Shown: piece by piece, positions 25,515 through 38,829 of the stretch
Numbering within the stretch: position 1 is the first letter of the stretch
How the letters are laid out: each line of letters begins with the position of its first letter
Source of the DNA: Guillardia theta CCMP2712
Taxonomy: Eukaryota; Protista; Cryptophyta
Assembly (NCBI RefSeq): GCF_000315625.1
Contig: NW_005434652.1
Span: 252,254-316,253, forward strand
Direction: 5' to 3'
DNA length: 64,000 nucleotides
Translations under genes and position numbers: made by a program
Notes under the pieces: generated by a model
The model's database searches: none
What the model was told of the DNA's origin: nothing
The model's input: the letters and a program-made list of their open reading frames with translations, nothing else

Positions 25515-26244
25515 CTAAAGATACAACCCTCCATCCCCCCCATTTCTCTGTTCGCTAGAATCGCTCACTTGACATGGTTGTCCCTTGCTCATCGCCTCCT
25601 ACATGCGCGTGTGAGAAATTGTGTTGTACATAGCAGGTTCTCACCTCTTCACGAAGCCTCCGCAGCTCCTCTTTTTCTGCTGTCTTCCTTCGCTCGCAAA
25701 CATGTTACAACGTATGAAGCGACGATGATCACATACTCACTTAGCTATAGCGACAATGTTTTCTTGAATGGCTTCCTCATAGACTGGATCCGGACCGGCA
25801 GCTTGGAGCTCCACGTTTGATCGCTGTAGATGGAAGATGGAGTTCTCCAATTCCTTGATTCTTATCAAAATCGGATCATCCTCTCCTTGACCCGCGGGCA
25901 ACGATGCGGGGATCTTTTCCTGGGACGGCCCAGGCTCCTCTTGCTTCTCGAGCTTCCAGGTTGGTGCTTGATCCTGCAAGACAGAAAAGATCGTATCGCC
26001 CTCCTTGACGCCAATCTCCTCAAAGGTACTTTCATCATCCACAATCTTGCCGTTGTACACCAAGAACAACTTTGAGATAGAATCTAGATTCATGCTACCC
26101 AGCAAGTTCTCCTTGACGTCCTTGGCCTGTAAGAGCACACGTGAGCATGACGTCTCTTCCTCATCTCATCACCGTCGTCCTGCTCTCGACGTGCATCGCC
26201 ATCTCCACTGCCCGCGACCCCGCTGGCCTGATCTTGACCTCCAT
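25515..26244 (-). CDS. ubiquitin-like domain protein with C-terminal coiled coil
   Basis: MEVKIRPAG...AKDVKENL...KLFLVYNGKIVDDESTFEEIGVKEGDTI fits the UBL pattern LIY.GK.L.D..TL...GI..G.TI, followed by DPVYEEAIQENIVAI and terminal GGLYL*. Confidence 0.8.
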
Positions 26245-26609
26245 GTTCGCTCGCCAGGTTCCAAGAGTATCCCTCATCCCCCTACTGACCATCGAGCGAC
26301 CGCGACCTCATCACCACCGGTTCATCACAGTAGAAAAGCGGGGGGTGGTCTCTTCAGGGTTTCCCGCCATTCTGGTGAGGGAGGGAGGGAGGGAGGAGAG
26401 GAGCCAGGGGGAGAAGAGGAGGAGAAGAGAAGGAGAGTAAGGAGAGGGCTGAGATCGAGCTGGGGATAACGTCAGACGAAAAGAGCAAAGTTGCAATGCC
26501 GTAGAGCCTTCATTAGTTGTACACTTCGAACCAAGAAGTTTCCGCCTCTTCCACTTTGCAAACGAGCATGCCCTGCATTTCCTCGGTTGTCGCGAAGAAA
26601 GGATCAGCC

Positions 26610-29600
26610 ATGCTCAGATTTGTCCTTGTTATTTTTTGCTGTACTCATCTGGATGGTTTCATGCCCTCTGGGTACATGCCGGCTCGCCTTTTGTCCCCGG
26701 CTACATTTATGGACAGCGCATCAATCAACAGCAGACGATGCGCGGCAAGCAGGTGCAGGGCGGGATCCTCTCGCATGAACAAGGTACAGTATCACATCGT
26801 TGATCCTGTTGCCTGACATGAAATTCTAAGTTGTCGCCGAAGATGAAGATGGGCAGCAACAGCGTTTCAGACAGGAACGCTGAGATTCTTGTTTCCGAGT
26901 ACAAGGGAATCCTCACGGAGCTCTCAAAAGAGTTCCAGCCGAAAGTAAGACATGCAACGTTGACCTTGATCTTCTCCATCGCAGTGCTGCTAGATGGTGA
27001 CCTGATGGTATCTGATGCAGGGCCTTCGTCTTACATGGGTTGGTGTGAATCAAGAGACTTTGTTCGACGCACTCGCCGTTCAGCTCAAGGACGTTGGCAT
27101 TCAAAGGAGTGTTGGAAGAACGTCCACAACAGGATCCATCAAGTATGATGACTCGGGTGCTCAGGTGAAGAGTTCACATGAATGCCATGCTCATCTTGAC
27201 TGTGGTGGGTTGAAAGATACCAGGAACATTCCCGAAAGCTGCCAAGCAGATCAGGATCGACGTGATTCGCCACATCGTCTCGCACCTTGAGAAGTTGCAA
27301 GTGCATGGAGAAGGAACTGAACGATTCTTGCATGCTGCTGCGCAATTGTACGGGATTCAAATCTCGGTGTTTGAGGTATCTCAGCCCACGTGAAAAATTA
27401 CGAGTTTACTTGTTGCAGATCAACTCTATCGGAAGCCTTGAGATTTCTGAATACTCACCACCAGAAGGGGCAAAACCACGAGGAACCGTTCATCTCGTGA
27501 GGAAAGGGGATCATTTCATATCCACGGTGAAGCATTCGACGGATGCAGAGAACGATCGGTTGTTTTCAAACGTGCCTGATGACATGGCTTGGCGACAGAT
27601 TCGTGAGAAATCTGCAATACTCGGCTTTACACGTGATTCAGGCCGGCATCAACAGACCAATTCCAATCCAGTCAATCATGTGCAATTTCGGAGTAAGAAG
27701 GATCGAAGAAGGTTTCTTCAAGCCACGGTTTTCTCGCAAGCATCGATAGCCTTGGAGTCTCTCGACGATCAGCCGAACCAAGACGTGTATACGGCTTTTG
27801 TGAAATCGCTTGAGGTATTGCATCCATGGAAAGATACTCAATCTCCCTGAATGATTACAGGTTGTGGGTGTCCCGATGAAAACGGCAGCAGTCGGAGGTG
27901 CAAGTCAATCAGTGATGGACGCACAGAATGCAGTCAGAGCGACACGATCTGAGATCATAATGTTCATTGCGTCGAATAAGATGAAATATACCGACGTAGA
28001 AAGCCCATTCAAAGAATTGATGGCCATGTCCTGCAAATATAAGATCGATGTAATGAGATGATACTCCTTGAATAGCGATTTCGACTGAACTTGCTGTTTC
28101 TACAGATAACCTGCTTCACCCTGCGAGATGGACTGGTCGCAAAAGAGTCTTTCTCGCCGCCGGAGGGTGTAACCTCGCGAGCATCAATTACACTTGGCTA
28201 TGACGGGTCAGGTTTCCTTGCCATGTCCGACTCCGAGACCGTCCCGGACCATGTTGAGTTAGCAGCATTGCCAAATTTAGCTTCAACTTCTGCTCCTTTT
28301 GAAGCGGGAAGTAGCAATTTGGCAACTTCTGACGAAAGCCTGTCAGAGAGCAAGGCTCTCACGTCGTATGACAACAGTATGGTTGTCGATGTCGAAAGTT
28401 ACGAGCAATCAGCTGATGGAGATGAAACTCAAAAAGTTGCCGCGACTTCAGAAGACGAGAGTCAGGAGCGAGAGTTGATATGGGACTCAAAGTCTTTGAG
28501 TTGGAAGCTTGTACCAGTCTCCCAGAAAGATGACTCGATTGAAACGATACCAGATGTCGATGCCGTCGAAATCTCCAGCAACGAGGACTCTCCGTCAACT
28601 GATTCAGACTCCAAATCAAGCTTCTTGCCCAAGTTCAGCCGATTGCGCGACGTAGCCAAGCCTGTCAAGGCTCCTGAAGTCACCAATCGAGGGTTGACCA
28701 TCTCAGATGCGGTCATGGCGGCTGAGTTGACTGCAAAGAACTCAAAGGTGAACATTGTTTCTCTGCAAGGGTTGGGAGCTCGCAAAGTCGACCAATCGTC
28801 CAGCCCGACACCGGGGATAGAGAAATTGGAAAGAATGCTGACCGGAGAGGGAAAGGAGATTGACAGAGCAGATGGTGGCAGCAACGTATACATGTGCATT
28901 GCCTCGTTGATGCACTCGGAGGGCCTCCAGATTCAAGGCCTTATGTTTACCATGTGGGGAGAGGAGAAGAAGGGCGCTCTTATAGGAGCTATGTCCAGAA
29001 AAGCCCGTGATGATGCTAAGAGGTAACAGCTTCTCCTTCCTAGAGAATCAGTGCCTGTCCAATCTTGTGATCTCTCCCTGTTGTCCTTCATTGTTGTGTC
29101 GGATAGTGACTTGTGTCAATTTGCAGGTACATGTTGAAGAACCCAGATGTGTTTGATAAGCCAGGGCAGTGGCCCGGTGATCATGACCTGAGAGCCTTGG
29201 CCCATGTCTATCGCCTCCGGATTAAAGTCTACATGGCGGTCTACGATGAAGAAGTGCAGGAGAAAGTGTACGAACCTGACGACGGGACAGAGCCTAGAAT
29301 GGAGCTACAAATATGCCTTGATCGCAAACGATTTTGGGCCATCAAGAAAATAGGAAGTGATGAAGAGCGCCGAGATGAGGAAGTAGAGCATACTGTGGAA
29401 TCATCCAGTCAGAGGAAACCTCGGACAGCACTCGAGAAAGTACTTGCCAAGTGAGTTTCTCTTGTTCCTGTCGCTTCTTGTGACGTGTTGTTGTAGATAT
29501 GGTGGTGGAACGCAAAATGATATATCAGTCAGGATAACAGGCACCAACATCGCTCACGATCACTCTGCTCGACCTTCTGTCCCTATCCCTGACTTGGCAG

Positions 29601-30788
29601 TCTCAACCGTGAAAGCTGTAAGGGATCATTCAGCAACTGTAAGTCGACTGGAGGTACAAGAGCTGAGCTGTTCTGACCAACAGTGAAGGTGATATGGCTC
29701 CACGGACTCGCTGGCAGCGGGCAAGAGTGGATGAATCTCCCGGATGCTCTCCACGTTCCCTGGGTCAAGTTCGTATTTCCTACAGCTGCGGAGGACTCGC
29801 TAGACCTTTGGGACGAGAAGCACGTGACCTCGTGGTTTGACATCAGCCTGGCTTCGTACAAGATCCACTGCAACGCGATCAACGCCTTGCCCAACGTCGT
29901 CTCGCGGATGTACTACAAGATGAAAGACGACGTGGCAGGTATCGAGAAGAACACAGCCTTTGTGGTGAGTCTTTGAGTTTCACCCTACCTCTTCTAAGTA
30001 TCTTCCCAGCTCGATCTTATCCAGAAGGAGATTCAAGCAGGGATCCCGCCGGAGAGAATCGTTGTCGGAGGTTTTTCACAAGGAGCAGCCATCGCTCTCA
30101 GCGCTGCCCTAACTTCCAACCACAAGTTAGGAGGAGTAATCCAGCTCAGTCCCTGGCAGCTCCCCTCCATCTCCCGGCTGTCTCCGCATTGGAGGGAGGA
30201 GGAAGTGCAGGATGGCAAGCTCCCTCTTCTCTTCTGCCATGGATCAGACGATGAAGTCGTGCTGCCGAGTTTTGCCCGGCAGATGATTGCGAATTCCGTC
30301 TTCTCAGATTTCACTCAAGTTTCTGAGCACGAATACCAAGGCCTCGGTCATGGGTTGTGCAGCGACGAGCTACAGGCCGTACGTTCCTTCCTTGTCCACC
30401 ACGTCCCCGGGACCGCCAGCTACGACGCACTACACCCTCCTCCCTCGAGGTTCGGCAAGCAGAACGCCAAGAAGTCGGGAGCGCCATCAACAGGGAAGCG
30501 ATGGGGTGACGGATCTGTTGTCTCGCTGCATGACTCGTCCGTCAGATATCAGGTCCTGCACATGACGTTTACCTTCCTTGCTGATCGATCGAGAACAGGC
30601 CATGACATCTTCCAACCCCGAGGAAGTGGAGGCGATCATTTCCGAGGCCGTCGAGGTCAACACAAGGTGAGGCGGGTGAGAGGAGACGAGGGCATTGATG
30701 ATGGAGCTGCAGAGAATTCGTGGAGAGTTGGGAGGACAAGGGCCAGGAGCTGTGGGGCTGGTTGAAGTCCAGGAAGCACTTGATGTGA
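26610..30788 (+). CDS. fusion protein: targeting leader + two degenerate OTU-like domains + acyl-protein thioesterase / phospholipase-carboxylesterase
   Basis: OTU-like 1: GLRLTWVGVNQETLFDALAVQL..FLHAAAQLYGIQISVF..DHFIST. OTU-like 2: DGGSNVYMCIA..QWPGDHDLRALAHVYRLRIKVY. Hydrolase: HSAT|VIWLHGL, SWFDI, GGFSQGAA, CHGSDDEVV, YQGLGH. Junctions at 29450/29498 and 29638/29689 are in frame. Confidence 0.75.
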
Positions 30789-31035
30789 AGGGCGGTGAGA
30801 GTTTCAAGTACTGCCCTCGTCTTTGGCAGAATGTTTGATCAAGCTTTGATGTTATGATGATGTCAAGTAAGCAACTTGCTAAGAATTTTTTTGCTCTGCA
30901 TCCAACCTTCGTGCAAGGTCGTTAGAGAGAAGGAAACTGTTATGTGCTTGATATCAGTAGGCAGCCAAGTCTATGATAGCAACTAGAATGCATCTGCTAC
31001 AATCTCGCCCTGGAGCATTCATGTTGAAATGACTT

Positions 31036-33660
31036 TCAGTTCGCTGCCTTGAGCATGTCTTGGATGGTAGTCAGCTGTCAATCAAGTCACCTCGCTCCTT
31101 TCTCCGCACCCTTCACTTGTCACCTTCACTCGTGGTCTCCCAGCCCTCGCTCCCATCTCCTGCCACACACGTTCATCCTCGCTGCTCCGCACCACCACGT
31201 CCTCCCCAACCTTCTCTAGCTGGTCGATTCGCCTCCATCCATCGAGGCTCACAACCTCTACTCCCTTCTTCGCCAGCAGCTGCTTCAGCCCCTCCCTCCC
31301 AGGCTTCGAGGCCTCGAGAGCTCCTGCTCGTTCTTGATCACTTCACGCCCCCTCCTCCTCCCCCAAAAAAANNNNNNNNNNNNNNNNNNNNNNNNNNNNN
31401 NNNNNNNNNNNNNNNNNNNNNNNNNNNNNNNNNNNNNNNNNNNNNNNNNNNNNNNNNNNNNNNNNNNNNNNGCCCCAATCGTCACAGAACAGCAACTACT
31501 TTTACCTTGTGCACCATCTGTAGATCGAGCCTCTCCTTCCTCGGATTGGTGCCCAAGTACCCTCCGTCTCGTTAAGGGAAAATAGACGCCCCCTCTTCTT
31601 CCCCCCCCCCCCCCCTCCTCCTCCTCCTGTAGCTGCTGACCTTCACCCCAGTGGCGCAAGACAGAGGTCGCCGTCTGATGTCCATCTGTGATGTTGGTGC
31701 CGATGATCCCGCTGGGCCCCCGACGCAGCCACCTGCCCCATGACACTCATCGCCATGGTCTTTCCCCTTCGCTCCTCCTCACCCGCTCACGTAGAGACCA
31801 GGCTCTACATTCCCGCCTTCGTTAGGCACAATGTGACTCTGCAGATGAATCGAGTCACGTAGACAGTTGGAAGTAAGGGGGCGATAGGACCTTGGTGTCG
31901 AAAGGAGCGCCTTCCATGGGCAGACTTTTGTAGCCGACCGAGCGCAGGAGCATGGAGCAAGGGAGGGTTTTGGTCGAGTCGGTCGGCACGGCTTTTCTCT
32001 TCTCTGCTGGGCCTTCAAGGGCATTCCTGCCAGCAAAGGATCATCGATGCATATCACAATCGTCGTCATCACTTTCTAAGCTCGATCGCTCCAACCTTGG
32101 AGGGATTCTTGTCGTCAGCTAGCACCCTCACGGGAGATTGTAAGAAGTGAAGGTGAAGATTCTTGAGCAAGAAGTGAGATATCTAGCAGAGCGCATCGAC
32201 AACCAACCTTCCTGGCATCGGAAGTCTTGGGCTTGCCTGCTGTCTGTTGAACCAGTTCCACCATTCGCTTTGTCGGTCGCTTCTTCGCAACCGTCTACGG
32301 TATGTCAGGACAGGCCTCGTTGTTGTACAGCAAGACAAGTCCAGACCTCTGCATCGATGGCATCCAGTTGAATCTCCTCGGGGAGGATGTGAGTGTTGAT
32401 CCCCTGCAAGTTGATGATCTCTCGCAACTCAGCTGCAACCGGTCATGATCAATCAACTCGGTCGGGGAGACAGGAAGGACTCTACCGATGGTCCATGCCG
32501 CCTGGGCTACACCTCTCCTTCCTATGATGTGCACGTCCTCTACCTTGCTCTGTTCACCCAGTGAGAACCCGATCCACAACAAAAGGAATTCATCAACGTC
32601 AATGCGGTTCCACGGGGATGTTCTCCGTTACCTTGCTGAGGACTTCAATTGCATGATCTGCGATGTCTGTCTTGGCAAGCTCCGGAACAGGTTTGAGGAG
32701 GATCCTGCCGATATCGATAGCTACGTTGCCATTCCCGATGATCGAGACGCTGGAGATGGACTCGAGGCTAGAGATCAAGTCCGTGTAGAATGGGTGCCCG
32801 TTGTACCTGCAACAAGAAAAGCATCTCAGCAAACCTTGCAACAGGAACAAAGAAGAGCTTCAAAGACACTAATACTCATCACCACACACAAGACCAACAC
32901 AATCTCCCATCACACACAAGTGCTCAGACTGCACCAACGGCAACAAATCTCACCAGTTGACGAACGACCGGGCGGAGAGCGATCCCTCCATGGTCTCCCC
33001 CTCGATCCCCAGGTCCCGATCAGCTGCCGCACCATAGGACAGCACGACTGCATGATACATGGCTCGTAGATCGGCAAGGCTGACGTCCTTGCCGACACAG
33101 ACGTGTCCCATGAATTGACATCGTGGATCTTGCAATACGCGATCGAATTCAGCGGTGACATTCTTTGTGTCGGCATGATCGGGAGCCACTCCATAGCGCA
33201 CGAGGCCTGCGCGATCAATATCAGAACGTACAAGAAGAACATTCCAAAAGATTGAAGCTTGCTGCCGCTCAAAAGAGCGCAGGTTGGCATCTTTCAAGAA
33301 TTTCTCACCGTATGGCGTTGGGAGCATCTCAATGAAGTCGACCTCGACGTTCTCCAACCCCTTCATGATGTCCCGTGCAGTGTAGAATCCTGCTGGTCCA
33401 CATCCTACAACTGCCACTTTCATGCTCTTGCCCTCGTTCCCTGAAGCCGCTGATGACAAACTCCTTGTTGGGTACGACTTGAGTTGTGCCCGGGAAGCAG
33501 GAGGCACAGAGCTGATCCTCCTCGCGTTCTCCGACATGTTTGCTCGGCGTGCTGCATGGAGGTAATCAAGGCGCCTTGCAGTCTTCAGCATGAAACCTCG
33601 CCCGCCCGCCCCTCCCATCCTCGTCGCCACCATCTGCATCAATTTTGCTTCCCCAGCCAT
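31036..33660 (-). CDS. FDXR: NADPH:adrenodoxin oxidoreductase, mitochondrial
   Basis: VVGCGPAGFY, LPTPYG..GLVRYGVAPDH, SARSFVNW|YNGHP, IIGNGNVAIDIGRIL, GRRG, RSVGY, GWLRRGPSGIIGTN, GWRRID..RPRVK; Arg-rich presequence. Confidence 0.95.
31372..31471. other. assembly gap (100 N), apparently within an FDXR intron
   Basis: Run of N with FDXR exons on both sides. Confidence 0.95.
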
Positions 33661-34120
33661 CTTCTCAGGATTTCGTACCCTACGACCCCTCAACTTTCCT
33701 ACCCCACCCCCCAATTTCACATATTTGTTCCTCCCACCCCTATTTTCCCTACTACCCACCAGGTGTACATCCTTTTGTCGACAGCACAACCCTCAACGAA
33801 AGCAGTCATGGCGAGTACCCCACGTACCCTCTCATCTCCAGTACCCTACCTACCCTTGTGACCCCACCCCATCAAGGGATACTCTTTCGCTTCTTGTAAA
33901 ATCGCACTAGTCGGGTTTGTGGGCCAGAAGCCTTTTATCCGACCGGTCGGTTACAGAACGTTATGTGAGCTCTGTAACCGTTACAAGTCAACCAATGTCA
34001 GATATTGTAACGGACATGGAGTGTGCCAACATAGAAGGACAAAGAAGAGCAGGGGGGAAGGAGAGGGGAAGACGGGAAGGGAGGAGGGAAGGAGAGGGAG
34101 AGAGGGAGAGAGGGAGGGGA

Positions 34121-34132
34121 AGAAACAGAGAC

Positions 34133-34173
<41 letters not shown>

Positions 34174-34210
34174 GACAGAAACTCAGACTCAGAGAGACAG
34201 AGACAGAGAG
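34121..34210. repeat. (GACA)n/(GAGACA)n microsatellite
   Basis: Tetramer and hexamer purine-rich repeats. Confidence 0.85.
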
Positions 34211-34502
34211 TAGAGGCAAGCAGGGGGATGAGGAGGGCAGGAGGAGATAAACAGTCTAGCCTTGATTACACCAGAACGATGCGGGATGTTTCATTAGGGA
34301 ACGAAGAGGAAGAGGAGCTGTCTATTATGATTGATCTTTGAGCAGCGAGTTTCTTTTATTCGTACCTTCTTTGTGACATCTTCGTTTCCTTGCATGCAGG
34401 AAACCGCCGCTTGCCATGGCTCTGGGAGAATAAGTCCATTGCCAGACCTGAGAGAGCGCGTTAGTCCTTCCATACAAGTTCTCCCATATCCCAGATCAAG
34501 AC

Positions 34503-36090
34503 ATGTCTTCTTTCAGAGCAGCAAAACATGTCGGCTCATGGATGGTGCGGAGCTGGACAGGAAGGGCATGCACAGCAGCGATTGTTTGGCACCAGTACGA
34601 CACGCACTTTAAGCATGCTCGGTTCAACAGGAACGTTCGAAGCATCTGGGCAGCAGTTGAGACACTAGTTGACTACAAGTTCCTGTTCTCGCGTCAGAGG
34701 ACGGCTGAAGAGCTGGAGGCTCTGCACGAGCGAGTGGCCAAGAGATGGTACGACGTGTGCTGCAAGAACGCAGGGCTCTACATCAAGCTAGGGCAGCAGA
34801 TCGCTACCATGAATCACATCCTCCCTCCTCCCTACCTCAAGTACTTCTCGGAGCTGCACGACCAGGCACCGAGCGTGAGCTACGAGGTTGTGGAGGGGAT
34901 CTTCAGGAAGGAGTTCAACGGCAAGAAGCCTCAGGAAGTGTTCCTGGAGTTTGACAAGGAGCCGATCGCCTCCGCATCGATCGCTCAGGTTCACCGGGCT
35001 CTGCTGTCGGACGGGACGCCGGTAGCAGTGAAGATCCAGAAGCCGGAGATTGCTGTGCAACTGCCGTGGGACCTGGCATGTTTCCATCTCCTTGTGTTCT
35101 GCTTCGAGAAAATATTTGACCTGCCCATGTACTGGACAGTTGAGCCCGTGTGCCAGGTGATGAAAGTGGCGGAGGAGAGGAGAGGAGAGGAGAGGAGAGG
35201 AGAGAGGAGAGAGGGAGAAAGAGGGAGGAGTGGAAAGAGGAGAGAGGAGAAGAGGGCAGAGGGCAGAGGGCAGAGGGCAGAGGGCAGAGAGAAGAAGAAT
35301 GGGACAGGACGAGGTCTGATGACGTGGCAGGCGGTGAGGCAGGAAGTTGACTTCCACATCGAGGCGAGGAACTCGAAGCTTGCAAGGGATTTCTTCGAGG
35401 AAGACAAGTAAGTCCGTGTGATGGAAAGAAGGTCTGTGGTGGGTAAGACTTGTTTGCAGACGGTTCTACATCCCTTCTGTGTTGTGGGAATACACGTCGA
35501 GAAGGGTGCTCACCATGGAATGGATTGATGGAATCAAGATCTCGAAGCTCAGCACGTTGAGGTGAGGGAGAGGGGGGGGGTTGCAGAGGAGGGAGATAAG
35601 GGAGAGGAATGATAGGAGGGAGAGGAGGGAGAGGAGGGAGAGGAGTGGGAGAAATGATAGCAAGGAGAGAAGAGAAAGGAGGGAGGGGAGGCAGTCAGGG
35701 TTCGCACTGACATGAACCTACAGAGAGAATGGGTTCGATGTCGCAGCTGTAGCTCATCTGATGGTTGAAGCCTTTTCCCGTCAAATCTTCCTCTCCGGTG
35801 ATGAAGAATTCTTTGCTTTCTTTGTCTCTCTCGTCCTCCCCCGCACATACTTTGCCCCTCTCCCTCTACTCTTTCATCACTCACTCTCTCGACTCATTCC
35901 TTCTCGCCTATTGCATGCTTTCTGCAGGTGTCTTGCTTTCTCTTTCTTTCTCCTCTTCCTCTTCCTCTTCCCTCTCAAGCTCCTGCCTCTTGTCTTCTCT
36001 GATGTCTTTCAGGTTTTGTGCATGCGGATCCACACCCGGGCAACATGCTCGTCAGAAGAAGGCCCAACAGTCGAGAGACTCAGGTTGAGA

Positions 36091-36168
<78 letters not shown>

Positions 36169-37673
36169 AATTTGATTGTCAGCTTGTCATCCTTGATCAT
36201 GGATCGTACCTAAGGTGAGAGAAGAGAGGTGGCAACGACGCTTCAAGTCTGTTCACTGCTTATCTTAGTGAATCGGAGAAGTTTCGCAAGCAGTACTGTG
36301 AGCTCTGGAAGGTAGACGTTACACCTGAACACACATCGTACCTCATATCTTGTCTTACATGTTACACCTCTCATATGAACCTGCACATGAAATCACGCCT
36401 GAAACTCGCATGCCGAATTTCGCTCTTGAACCTGTTATGTTTGTCCTGCTCATAGCTGAGGTAAACAGGCCATGGTCTTGCTAGATACTGCAACTGTCGA
36501 CTCGATCTGCAAAAGTTGGGGGATCAAGGTTCGACAAGCCAAGTCTTATCTTGCTTGATGGTGTAGTACAGTGTTGATGATGATCTGACTTTGACCGACA
36601 GGACAGCAACTTCTTTGCTAGCCTGCAGCTTCTCAAACCTTACAACCCGGAGAAACACTCGGTGAGAGAAAGGAGACTGACTGCTCGCCCATAAAGTTTG
36701 AAGCTCACGCTCAACTATCGTTGCAGGTTCATCTCAACGCCACGACGATGGAAGACATCGTCAAGTTGCAAGTGGAAGCATACGAGCGAGTGAAGAGGCT
36801 TCTTGGAGATTCTCAGCAGGTCAAGTGATGACATGTGGTAAAGATCAACTTGGACAGTTTGTGATCCATGTGACCAGGTTCCTCGCGAGCTCATTCTCTT
36901 AGGAAGAAATCTGAACATAGTTCGCTCGAACAACAAAGGTGATGAGATTTTTTGGAGTCGAGCCTGGGAAGATGATGAATCGGAGGCAATCATGATGATA
37001 ATGAGAACAGTTCTCATGGTGCCGATGATAACAGATTTGATTTGAAATGATGCAGCTTTCTCAAACAATTCTTCACTCCTGATGGTCTTGACACGTTCAT
37101 GCAGGAATGGGAAGCTCTGTCAACCGAATCAACATGATGGCTCATTTCGCGGCTGAGGGAATTTCTGTAGACCTTGAAAATCCTCTCGATGCCGAACTGT
37201 GAGCATTCTGCTCCTTATCCTGCTCCCTCCCACCCTTCTCATCCTGCTCCCTCCCACCCTTCTCATCCTGCTCCCTCCCACCCTTCTCATCCTGCTCCTT
37301 ATCCTGCTCCTGCTTCTCTTTCTTCCCTTCTTTCGTTCCTCTTCCTCTCGTCCTGCTCCCTATCGTTTCTCCTTGTGCCTTATCCTCCCTCCTCTCCTTT
37401 CATGCCTACCTGCCCACCTCCTCATCTCGAAGCTTCCCCAATTCCCCTGATACCTTCCCTGTTCCCCTTTTCATCCCTGTCATCATTTGTTTTCTCCTCC
37501 TCTCTCCTCCTCCCTCATTCTTGTTCGCAGCTACAAGTGGTACCTCGAAAGGATCGCCCATCAGCCGCCGGCCCAGGAGATTCTGCGGTCAGACAACCTC
37601 GCGGCTGCAGCGATGGGGAAGAGCAGGGCTGTCTTCTTGAACAGATCCTTTGGTGACCCCTCCTCCCCGTGCA

Positions 37674-37747
<74 letters not shown>

Positions 37748-38271
37748 TCTTCCTCGCCTGCCCCTTCCCCGGCTCCTGACTTCTGCGTATGAGCTCACTA
37801 AAGCTTGCCACCATCTTGTCCTCCTGCTCCTCCTGCTCCTCCTGCCAATCCCCCCCCCCCCCTTGCCCCCTCTCCATACTCACTCCTCGGTGGTTGCAGG
37901 ACGTATCATCGACCTCAACCTGCTCTTCTTCAAGTCGCAGCTTCTTCTCATCTCTGTTGTATACTACACCACTCAGCTCTGGCGAAAGGCCAATGAGGTT
38001 CTCTTCGGTCGCAAGGTGATCTGATGTGTCTCCCATCCCGCATCCCTGCTCCGGCTCCTCCCCTGCGTCGCAGGCTGATTGTGAGGCCTGCCCTCGCTCT
38101 CGCTCTCTCGCTCTCTCGCGCTCCCTGCTGTTCTAGCTTCTCCTAACGGCTGATCTCGAGCAGGTCGGGGGGTTCGAGGACATCCTTGAGGCGAGTGTGG
38201 CTGCGACCATCGAGGCTAAGTTGGGCTTCAAGCTCAACCTCGACCATGGCGTGGACAAGTGCTTCGGGTGA
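34503..38271 (+). CDS. ABC1/UbiB atypical kinase (ADCK1/ADCK5-like)
   Basis: NAGLYIKLGQ, LHDQAP, PIASASIAQVHRA, VAVKIQ, EVDFHIEARN, VLTMEWIDGIKI, GFVHADPHPGNML, LDHG; the last exon ends DKCFG*. Confidence 0.93.
36091..36167. repeat. (CCTGCT)n intronic microsatellite
   Basis: About 13 units; the same unit occurs at 163-186 and 37676-37746. Confidence 0.92.
37208..37312. repeat. 24-bp intronic minisatellite
   Basis: CCTGCTCCCTCCCACCCTTCTCAT three times, flanked by CTGCTCCTTATC copies. Confidence 0.85.
37676..37746. repeat. (CCTGCT)n intronic microsatellite
   Basis: About 12 units. Confidence 0.92.
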
Positions 38272-38829
38272 CTCGCCCGGCGTCACTCCCGTACTGAATG
38301 ACGTACCACTACTTGAGTGAATGACATCCGACGATCATCACATGATCATGTGACTCAGGCGCTTGGAATCAGACGGTAAAGAACTTAGGGCCGGGCCCAC
38401 CGCTCACTGAGTCAGCAGTGACCCCCCGGTCTCGGTACGGTCACCTCACTGGCCCGGCCCGCCGGCCGCTCGGATCGGATATTCGGGCCGACACGACTTC
38501 GGGGCGGCAGGATCCCGGCCCGGTACTCCTTAGACGACCCCCCTGTCCGAGCCCAAATTGTACCCCAAGAACCCTAGAAGTATCCAAAGGAAAATCGACC
38601 ACCCACCCCCTCCTGGCGGCTTCTGGATCTAGTCCTTGGCCCCCTCCTCCCCTATTGGCCCCCTGGTACCCCCCTGATTGTCTGTGACTTTGTACGGTCG
38701 TATTCCTCCCGCCCATGACTGTTAAAGGGGTGGGTGGTGTATTATACAGGATGAGGGTACAGACTTTTATCTTCTCCTGAGGACGGGATAGTTTTTTTTT
38801 AGAAGGATTTAGAGATGCTTGATGCACAC

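Noticed and set aside
36009-38036. Poly-AP, RS, EQ and L 'proteins'
   Set aside because: Translations of intronic (CCTGCT)n microsatellites.
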